DNA of 64,000 nt, from positions 558,001-622,000 of the forward strand of contig OY253683.1 of NCBI GenBank assembly GCA_958009085.1. The letters are read 5' to 3'. The DNA is from Protoeuglena noctilucae (lineage: Eukaryota). Position numbers and translations under genes: made by a program. The notes under the pieces are model-generated. The model had not been told where the DNA came from and made no database searches. It was given only the letters and a program-made list of their open reading frames with translations. The stretch's first letter is position 1; each line of letters begins with the position of its first letter. This document shows, piece by piece, positions 44,656 to 58,271 of this stretch.

Positions 44656-45308
44656 CTCAACTTCTCGACGCGCACCGCGTCCTCGCGGCACGGCACGCGA
44701 TGGCCCCCAGCTCGCCCACAGCGCGTATCGGACCCGACAGCTCCGCGTCGGTTGCACCGACGCACAAAGCGACCCCCGCCTCGTTCCACCTGTCAACCTG
44801 CCACACATGCCACGCACACCGACCCGGGAATGGCTTGGTCCGGAAGATCTTGGTAAAACCCCCGTGCCAGTGCTTTCGTGTCAACCCAAACGGTATTTTC
44901 GTCGGATGGCGAGCGAGAGCGTTTTGCGATGTTCGGGCTTGCAGCCGCGTCATCTCGGCGCACGTCGGCGCATCACCGGGAAGGCGTTGCAGGCCGCGGC
45001 CGGGTTGTTCGTCCCCTGAAGGTGGGGAACGCGACTGGGTGAATGCAGAATGGTAACTGCGACCCCTTATATTGCCACAGCTCCCCCCGCGTGGCCATGG
45101 CGGTGCCGCTCGAGTTCTGCGGGGGACGCGGTCGCGGTTCGAATGTGCCACCGCTTCCGATCTTGACGGTCACTCTCGCGCTGGCGCAGCGGTGCCCGGC
45201 TGCTCGCCCGTCGCTGGCAACGGCAGCGCAATCGAACGCCGCGCACGCAGGAGGGATCCGGGAGGGCTGGGGCGTGCGCCCCTCGTTGAGTGCGCGCGGG
45301 GGCTGCAG

Positions 45309-46994
45309 ATGACGAGGATGTCGCGGCTGGCGACGCTCTGCGTCCTGGCGGTCCTCGGGTTGCTAGGTGTGGATCGCTGACGCTTCCAAGGCTGCCCCCT
45401 GTGCGTCGTTGAGGCCGCGCCGATCGGAGCTGCCCGCTTTCACCGCTCCAAACTTGACGCTGGCCCGCAGCGGTGGTGGGCGAGGCCTTAATCGTGCGGG
45501 ACAGGGTGCGGAACGACCACCGGCGCATCATCAAGGTGTACGACCGTTTTGGCTACTCGGGGCAGGCGGGCGTGGACATCCGGGTGACCGATGACTACGT
45601 GCACTTCCAGGAGGGCACGTCCGAGGCGGAGCAGGTAGCGGGGCGGAGCAAGATGGGGTTCATCCTGGGGTTCGACGAGGTCGAGAGCCTGCTGAAGGAG
45701 CTCGCCGACAAGTCCACGTCGGAGGACACGTGCCCCCTGGACGCCGAGTGGAAGGACGAGAGCCAGCGCAAGTGGCTCAAGCTCACAGACTTCACGGCGT
45801 TTGGGGACCACCCCCAGGTGGGCTTCCTCTTTGAGGAGCAGACCATCCAGGCCGAGGGGTGGCTGTCCGTGTGGTTCATCAACTGCGCACCCAAGACCGT
45901 CGTCTCCTTCGACATCAGCGTCGCCCTCTACAACATGCGCCCCGACCAGACCCGCTACTACATCTCCAAGGGCGAGCTGCCGCTCCCCGCGTGAGTCTCG
46001 CAGAAGCGCCCGCCCGCCGCAGCGCCGCTTGCTCGCAATGCGCCCAGGCCCACCGGCCGTGCCCGCCACTCGCACGCCCGCAGCGTGTACGGCATCCTGG
46101 CGGCCAGCTACTCGGTGCTGCTGGTCGTGTGGGTGTGGCTCGTCCTGCGCAACAAGGCGGACGCCCACCGCATCCACGTGCTCATGGGCTGCCTCGTCTT
46201 CTTCAAGTTCCTCACGATGATGTCCATGTCGGGGCGGTACAGGGTCGAGGCCAAGTACGGCGACGCCAACGGCTGGTCCATCGCCTTCTACATCTTCAAC
46301 GCCATCCGCGGCCTCCTCTTCTTCTCCGTCGTGGTGCTCGTGGCCGTGGGCTGGTCGTACATGAAGCCTTTCCTGTCGGACCGGTGAGACGGGGCCGTGC
46401 CGCTCCCCGCCGCTCCGCCCGCCGTGGCCCCTCCCCGCGCACCTCGCCGCCCTTCTTTCCCGCAGGGACAAGAAGATTCTCCTGGTCGTCCTCCCCCTGC
46501 AAGTCTTCATCACGATCGCGTCCATCGTGACGCAGGAGGAGGGCCCCGCAGCGCCCAACTTCACGTCCTGGGACACGCTTCTCCTTGTGGCGCAGTTCGT
46601 GTGCTTCTGCGCCATCCTGTTCCCCGTCGTATGGTCCATGCGGCACCTGAAGGAGGCGTCGTGCACGGACGGGAAGGCCGCCCGCAACTACCTCAAGATG
46701 CAGCTCTTCCGGCAGTTCTACGTCATGGTCGTCGCCTTCGTGTACTTCAAGCTCATCATCTTCTACCTCCTCAAGCAGACCCTCGCGCCCGAGCAGACGT
46801 GGCTTGCCGAGACGTCCATGGAGGTCGTCACGCTCGCCTTCTACATCTTCGTGGGCCTCAAGTTCCGCCCCATGCGTGAGAACCCGTTCCTCTCCCTCGA
46901 GATGGCCGACTTCCAACCGCCGGCGGACAGCGACGACGAGGAGAACCAGAGGCTCACCGATGCGGCTGCTGGGTCGTCGGCAAAGGCGTCGTAG
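45309..46994 (+). CDS. GPR107/108 (lung seven-TM receptor / CAND6-7) family protein
   Basis: Signal peptide; WFINC...YYISKGELPLP; HRIHVLMGCL; VAVGWSYMKPFLSDR|DKKI; AILFPVVWSMRHL...DGKAARN..KMQLFRQFY; GLKFRPMRENPF. Confidence 0.92.
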
Positions 46995-47329
46995 GCGTTG
47001 AAGTGGATGAGTTGACGGCGGGCTGCTCGTGAACCAACGTTTGGGTGGTTCGTTGCGACGGTCGTGGCTCATGACCCGTGTGTGGGACAGCTGGGATGGT
47101 CTCGCGCGCGCGAGAGCGACCAGCGGACCTCCTGAGCCGCTCAAGCATGGCCCTGGCACGATACCCTGCTTGCGCACCTCCCGCCCGAACCCTGGCTCAT
47201 CAGGGGCCGCAGGGCTCGTCCATGGGAACTTTGCCTCAAAAGCCGATGCATCGTGGCGTCGCCTTGCTGCTGAGGCGCTTCCACGCGAGACCGTTAGTTG
47301 CTGCCCTTCAACTCCAGATCCGCGCCACG

Positions 47330-49009
47330 ATGCCGCCGAGGAAGGCAGCGAAGAAGGTCGATGAGGACGACGACCTGTCCGCGGAGGACCTCGGGTCGGA
47401 TGCGTCTGACTTCGAGGAGGAGAGGCGCCGGAAGCCCGCGGTGCGTGCGCTGGACGCGCTGGCTTCCCCGAGGGCCGGACGGGGCCCATTTCGCCACGCC
47501 GCTCGCGACGATTCTGCTCCCGTGCCGATGCGCAGAAGAAGCGCGCTTCCAAGGCCGGGGAGTCCAAGGCCCGGGGCACGCTGACCGAGGGCTGGGAGGC
47601 GGTCCCGGACTGCCTGATTCTCGTGCACAAGGACCCCGAGATGCCGCCTGCCGACAAGGTAGCGGCGTTCGACTTCGACGCGACCCTCGTCACGACTAAG
47701 TCGGGCGTCTTAGTGCCCAAGGACGAGCACGACTTCAAGCTCGTCAACAACCACGTCGGGGAGAAGCTCAAGGCAAGGCGACTCGAGCCATATGCCGAGT
47801 GCGGCATGTTCGTGGCATAGCGGTCCACCGATTCGACGGACATGGGCCCCGTCGCCCCCGACCCATGCAGGGCTTTGTGGAGGAGGGCTATGCCATCGTC
47901 GTCTTCACCAACCAGGGATCCATCAAGACGGCCCTCACAGGCGAGTGATAACGCTGACCTCCTGCATGTGCGCGCCTTCAGGGGTGGCGGGGGCAGCGGG
48001 GGTGACCGTCTCTCGCCCCGCACCCTGCAGGCAAGGCGGCCAACAAGCTGACCAAGCGCATGGACAACGTTTTCTCCGAGCTCGGCATCCAGCACTACCA
48101 CGCCGTGATGGCCACGGCTGACAAGAACATGGAGAGCAACTTCCGGAAGGTGGGCAACTCTGGGCGACTCTGGGCGACTTGTGACGTGGGGGTGTGCCGT
48201 ATGTCCCTCCCAGGGGTCGCTGATGCCGGCCCTGCTGGATGGATGCCTGCAGGGTTCGGGGACGGGCATGTTCGACTACTTCGTCGAGCACATGAACGGC
48301 GGGGTGCGCCCGGGGGAAGGGTCGTTTTTCGTGGGGGACGCGGGCGGGCGCGAGGCCGACTTCGCTGCCACCGACAAGGAGTTCGCCGAGGCGTGCGGGC
48401 TCGAATACAGGACCCCCGAGGACGTCTTTGGGGAGATCAAGGTCAAGAAGCAGGCCCTGCCTGGCGCGGGGCAGGCGGTGCTGCGGGGCGAAGAGAGCAC
48501 GGGGCCCAACGCCCCCCTGGTCAACATGATGCAGGTGCGTGGGGGACGCCGCAGCGCCGAGTCCGACCCCGAGCGGGGACTGACGGGGTTCTCGCCGGTT
48601 CTCTCCGCAGCAATACCGCGAGCTCTGCTTCAAGTCCCAGAACCTGGACCCCAAGCTGAAGTTCAAGGGCATCGCCCTCGGGAAGGCCATCAAGGGCATC
48701 GAGAGCGTGCCGCACGCGATTACGAGCGGCAAGGAGGCGCAGGTGACGAGCCTGGCGCTTGCACCCACAGAACCGAGTCGACGTGCCTGCCTTGGCTCAC
48801 GCATGGGTCGCGGTTGGCCTTGGCGCCCACAGAAGATCCAGGGCATCGGCAAGGGCCTGGGCGAGGAGATTGACCAGTTCCTGGAGACGGGCTCCTTCCC
48901 CAAGATGGAGAGCCTGCTCGAGCAGGCGGGCAAGGGGCCCGGGTCGCCCGCCATCAAGAAGAAGTTAGAGGAGAAGGCCAAGGAAACGGGCGCGTTCGAT
49001 TTCGTGTAA
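47330..49009 (+). CDS. Polynucleotide (DNA) 3'-phosphatase (HAD, PNKP/ZDP/Tpp1-like) fused to a Pol X-type 8-kDa HhH domain
   Basis: KVAAFDFDATLVTTKSG, IVVFTNQG, FRK|GSGTGMF, SFFVGDAGGREADFAATDKEFA...GLEYRTPE; C-terminal ITSGKEAQ|KIQGIGKGLGEEIDQFLETG. Confidence 0.88.
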
Positions 49010-49143
49010 GGCGCCTCGACTGGCACACGCGTCGCCCAGGCCAGCGAGCATAGCGCCAGCGGCATGCGCTCCATGCGCCATGGCCGGCACCGTTGCACAC
49101 CCACGCAGCAACTACTGCGGTTGAACTTTACCCAGTCCGCTCT

Positions 49144-53078
<3,935 letters not shown>

Positions 53079-53658
53079 GCCTGCGCAATACCTTCACACG
53101 ACCATGCAAACAAAGATGTGCCTTGTTCAGGCAGTGGCAGGGCACCAGAGACACCGGCGGGCGCCAGGGCACGCTTCCCGCCGTGGATGTTCAAGCTAGG
53201 GTCCGTCGTCGGGGCGCAAGTAGCGACGAGTCTGGCTATCGCACAGGATTGCAGCACTATTGCTACGTCATCGGCCAATGCCGCGCATAAACGGCGTGCA
53301 CGGACGGATGTGCACTGCACGGACCGCCAGTGCGCAAGTCCACTGGCGCTGCCCTACAACGTTTCAGCCACGAGCCCCTGACATGCATCGTGCACGTACT
53401 GCGTCTGTGTTCACGAGGCTCTGCCTGCCCCTGCCGAGGGGTGGCAGTCTGCAAGAACAGAGGAGTGGAGTGCTTCTACCCCGCCCCGTCCCCCGATTGA
53501 GCCCGAAGATGGAGGCGGACGACACTGCAGGTGACATGCGTGAATGATGAGCGTGATGAGCTCGTGGAACCAGCGCGTCAAGGGCTGAGAGGCCCACCAG
53601 GTGCCCGTGCATCTCCTCAGGCCCACGAGGGAGCGACCGGGCGCAGTCACAAGGCCCG

Positions 53659-54260
53659 ATGGGCACCGACGTCGATCCAATGAACGCGGGAAAGGACGAA
53701 TTCTTTGGCGATGAGCTGGGAGAGGCTGGTGAGGAGGCATGCGTCGCCCCCGGGCGGTCCGCCATGCTGTGAGGATGTTTGATGCATGCTTCACGGTCTC
53801 TGCCGCCGGTGTGGCTCCAGGAGTCCACGCGGACGGGGTGAATCTGTACGACGACCTCTACGCCGGCGAGGAGGGCGCCGCGGTCCTGCAGGAGCGCGTC
53901 GACGGGCTGGAGCGGACATGCGCGAAGCAGCGGAAGGAGCTGGGCGATGCGCGGGCCGAGTTGACGCGAATCCAAGCCGAGAATGAGGCGCTGCGGAAGG
54001 ACAGGGAGACGCTGCTGAAGAACATCTCCTCCGTGTATCTCACGGGTGAGATTGGCCATTGCACAGTCATCCCAGACCCACTGTCCCCACGTCTGGGCTC
54101 CAGCGGCAATGGATGAGTTCCACATCACAGCTGCTGAGCCATGTTCCACTATCTAACCCCTTCCCCCCCCCTGAACGCAGCAAAGGGCGAGATTGAGCGC
54201 CTCCGTGGCCAGGTTCAACGGCTGAGCACCGAGCTCGCGGTCAACCGTGCGAAGAGGTGA
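53659..54260 (+). CDS. Small coiled-coil protein resembling the FLASH/CASP8AP2 N-terminal domain
   Basis: Exons 53659-53728, 53821-54045 and 54181-54260: ...VNLYDDLYAGEEG...ENEALRKDRETLLKNISSVYLT|AKGEIERLRGQVQRL. AG|GTGAGT at the end may add a short fourth exon ending near 54403. Confidence 0.65.
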
Positions 54261-54572
54261 GTCCATGGCGCGGCAGGGATGAGCCTGGCTTCGTGTCCAT
54301 GGGCTTACTTCGCTGTTGGCAGCCCTCCCCGCTTGCGCTTTGCCAGGCAAGGCTTCTTTTCGCTATTCATTGCAGTCACGGTGGTCAGGGCCCGCACTCG
54401 TGAGTCGTGCCGCCAGGGGAGGCGGACCGTCGCCACCCGAGACTGGCAGCTGTGGACGCGTCATCCGGCGGGGTCTCTCCGCGAAGGATGGCAGTTTTCG
54501 GGTTGTTTGCGTGTGTGATACGCACATCGCGAGCGCTGGAGCACCCGGACTCCTCGACCAGCAAGAGCCCGC

Positions 54573-57171
54573 CATGTCCGTCGAGCCCGAGCTTTCCCAC
54601 GGCGTCGCCGGCTGCGATCCCGTGGACGCAGCCGTTCCGCTTTCGTCAGGCTCCCCTGCGTCCGTCGTGGAGGTCGCCGCTGCGGCCCAGCCGGCCTGCA
54701 CGCCCCAGGACCTCGCCGACGCCGCGTCCCCGAGGTCCGAGGGCCAGCCAGCGTCGGGAGACGTCGTTTGCACGCCAACGAAGAAGCGCGTCGCCATCAA
54801 GTGAGCCTCCGGGCTCTGCGGGCGCCGTGACCTTTCGAGCTGGGGACCGTCACCGGCCCGGTGCATCGGCATCTCATGCTCCTTGACCCTGGCTGCTGTC
54901 TGCTTTCGCTCTGCAGTGAGGGAGACGCAGGGAAGGACGAGCCAACGTCTCCGGGGCTGGCCAAGGGCAAAGTGGGCCGCTCCTTCGCCCGACACGTTGC
55001 GGCCCAGAGCGAGAGGTACGGGCGCTGGGCGCGCGTCCCTCTCCTGCAGTTGCGCGTATGTCAGTAACGCCCACCGCAGCGTACGCGTGCGTCGCTGAGC
55101 GCGTGCTCGTGCTCGCGCGCAGGGGTGTGCTGCACGTCCTGCTCGACCAGCTGGTCAAGTTCGGCATCATCATGCTTGCTTGCTCTCCTTTCATCGGCGG
55201 CATTGCTTGGGCTGTGCCCAACGCCCTGTGCAAGGTTCCTATGGAGCAGTCCATGGCAAACGGCGGCGGCGGCAGCGGCGGCTTCTTCGACTGCCTGTAC
55301 ATGAAGCACATGGACTGGAAGGGGGCACCGACCCTGACAACGCTGGTAAGTGCATGGGTCACAGTCCGGGGATCGACAAGATGCCGTGACTGACCGTGGG
55401 CGGGTGCGTCGTGGGGGTCATGCTGCTGTATGGGTGCGTTGCCCCTCCCCGCAGCTGATGCTCTTCTGGGCCATCACTTACACGTATTCCGCCATGGCTC
55501 CCACTGTCGCCCTCATCGCCATCTTCGGCATCCGCAAGTTTACGCGCCGGGAGATTGTCAGCCAGAGCGTCATGGCTGTCCTCATGTGCGCCATCACGGT
55601 CGGCTGCATCCTGTCAGGCGAGTGACATTCCGCCGCTCGGATGTCTCGTGAAGGCCGCCTCGTGTTGGGCTCCTTCTCACGGACCCCCGCCACCCGGCAT
55701 CGGCGTCATGCAGGCATCGACGCGGACACGCAGGGCCCCCTCGGGAGGTTCCGGGGCGGGTACGTGGTGCTGCAGTACGCGCTTTCGGGCGCGATGGTGA
55801 CGCGCATGACCGGCGAGGGGAAGCTCTTGGGCATCCAGGTGCGTGGCTGTGCGGCAGGGTCTGCGCGGGCCCCTATGCCGGCCGTGGCTGTGGCGGACGG
55901 CATCTCACGCAGTCGACAACCCACGCTCGCAGTACTTCCTTTGCTGGATCGCCCTCGCCGGCATCACCTTCATGTACTCCATGATTCTCCCGACGATCAT
56001 CACCGCCCGGGCCACCGTGCCCCAGCTGGGGATCTTCGCGTTTGTCGTGCACCCCGCTATGTTTGGCGCTCTGACGTTCATGTTCCGCTTCCTCGTCCAA
56101 AAAGTGAAGATCAGGGAGCTGCGGTCTGTCAACCTCATCACAGGTGCGCTGGTGCCCCTGCACGACTGAGATGAGCGAGCACGGGGTGACCCGCAGTGCT
56201 CTCAACATGCCGCCCCTCCCTCGCAGTGCCGCTGTACCTGTCGACGCTGTACGCGCAGTTCCTCCTCCTCCAGCTCAACAACGCGGGGTCCACCTTCGTC
56301 ATCAGGGCCATCATTCTCATGGGATCCCTGGCCATGAAGTGAGGGCAGGCGCCTTGCCCCACAACTAGCGGGCGAGCTCTGCCCGCACGTCCCACACAGC
56401 CCGTGCCCCTGCTGCCCGCAGGTTGCTCATTCGCTCCAACGGCGCGCAGCAGCTGATCACCACGGAGGGCAAGCGCGTGGCTGAGGTCATGCAGGCCACG
56501 CGTGAGGACCTGGAGGACACGCTGGCCGAGGACTTCTCCTTCCACGTGGCTGACATGCTGTCCGTGGTGGCCAACACCCTCTTCTACTGCCTCGGGAACG
56601 TGGCGTCCGCGCCCGGGCAGCTCTCGTCCGCTTGGTCCAACGTCAACCAGGCGCTGGTGCAGGTGCGAGGGTCAGCGGCCTGCGAGGCGGCCACCGACCA
56701 CCGCCTCGGCGTCATGCCTGCCGCCCCCGCCCCGCCCCCAGCTCCTCGTCATCGCGCTCCAGATCGTCCTCGGCCTCCTCATCGACCGCTACGTCCACCA
56801 GGTCCCCGTGGCGGAGCTGTGGTCCCAGATGAAGCCCCGCACCATCGCCTTCTTCACCGCCGCTCTGTGCCTGGGCCTCGTCGGCGAGGTCCCCAAGCTC
56901 TTCCTCCTCTTCTGCCCCAAGTACTACCCCGAGGTGAACGGCGAGCCCGGCATGCTGGCCCCTCGCCCTCGGCCGTCACACACAGGCATGACCGCAGCGA
57001 TGGGCGCGCCCGCCCCCGCAGACGGGCGTCATTCTCGAGTACTGCAACAAGCCTTCCCTCGCCCAGTTCCCCATCCTCCTCAACCAGCGGATCAACGACT
57101 CCTCCCCAGGCCTCATCCAGACCAAGTCCCTGATCGACGGCACCCTGCTCTACTCGTCGCTGAAGCTCTGA
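54573..57171 (+). CDS. Multi-pass membrane protein of unknown function
   Basis: About 9 exons with many hydrophobic helices (FGIIMLACSPFIGGIAW, LMLFWAITYTY, YFLCWIALAGITFMY, LLVIALQIVLGLLI); TGA at 57169-57171. Confidence 0.7.
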
Positions 57172-57248
57172 GTTGCGCCACCATTGAACTCGAACAAGCA
57201 TACGCAGGCGCAACCCCTAGACGGCTGCGCTCGCCGAGAAGTGAGGCG

Positions 57249-57920
57249 CTAGATCTTGCCCAGCTTGCGCAGCAGGAAGCGCTGCTGCTTGCGGCGCTTC
57301 TCCCGCCGGTGCTTGCTCATCTTCTTGTACCGCTTCCGTTTGGTCGAGTCGAAGGCGACCTCTCGCACCGGCGCACCCGGGGCCCGCACCGGCGCAGGGC
57401 CACTCCCCAAGGGCACCCGGGCTGGGGGCTGGCCTGGGGAGAGAGGTCTCCCTGCCGGGCAGCCCAGTCCCGACGGGACCCATGTTCCCCCAACACCCCG
57501 ATCAGCTTCCCACACTCGCCTCAGACCCGGAGTAGTGACCTGCGGCAGGCAGGCGTGCAGCTACATTCATTAACGGCGGCCTGGGGCGAGCCTGGGGGTC
57601 CACTGTGACAAGTGAGCAAAGGCCGGCTGTCACCTGCCTCGATAGCCAAGGCTGTAAGGGTGAATTTGCAAAGCACGTGTTGACATGGCGCTCGGTTGCG
57701 GCGCTCACTGTGCGGGAAAGCCACCCTGCAGCGGCGGGGAGGAGAGGGGGCGAGTTTGTGAGGCACACGGCATGGCATGGCATGGATTGGCGTGTGCTGC
57801 AATAGCTCCATGTTGTTCCTCACCAGGCGATGCGAAAGAGGCCCCGGCGCTCGAGCCGCCTACGTTTCCACACTCAGCCCCCGCCATCGCAAGCCAGCGC
57901 AAGCGGAGCGCCAACCGCAT
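57249..57920 (-). CDS. Mitochondrial ribosomal protein mS38 / COX24-like (DUF1713)
   Basis: Basic C-terminus FDSTKRKRYKKMSKHRREKRRKQQRFLLRKLGKI. 5' exons and start are approximate. Confidence 0.75.
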
Positions 57921-58271
57921 GGCTCCCCCTCCCCGATCCCCAGGACCGTACAATTGCGAGAGTTACAGCAGAGGATTCCAGCCAGTTGCGAGCGATTATC
58001 AAGCGACCAAAGCCGACACGTCGATGGCGGGCAGGCTGATTCGCGATGGCAGCAGTCGAAGGGTCCACCTCGTTTTCAATGAGGGGTGAGCTGATCCCAC
58101 GAGTGCACGAAGCGTGAAAGGCAGCTGCTGCCGGGAACGGCATCGCTGACGCCAGACTCCCGTGCTGGCCTCCCGGTGAAAGCCTCCCCCGAGTCACTGA
58201 GTCGCACATTCTCTGTGATGACGGCTGGCTAATATGGCAGAAGCCGTCGCCCCATAGTCGCGAGCATCGCG

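Noticed and set aside
45080..45160. GGTTCGAAT resembling a tRNA T-loop
   Set aside because: The flanks do not form T, acceptor or anticodon stems.
57769..57785. (GGCAT)3 microsatellite, and a 10-bp duplication at about 48157-48179
   Set aside because: Both are short intronic repeats with no evidence of function.
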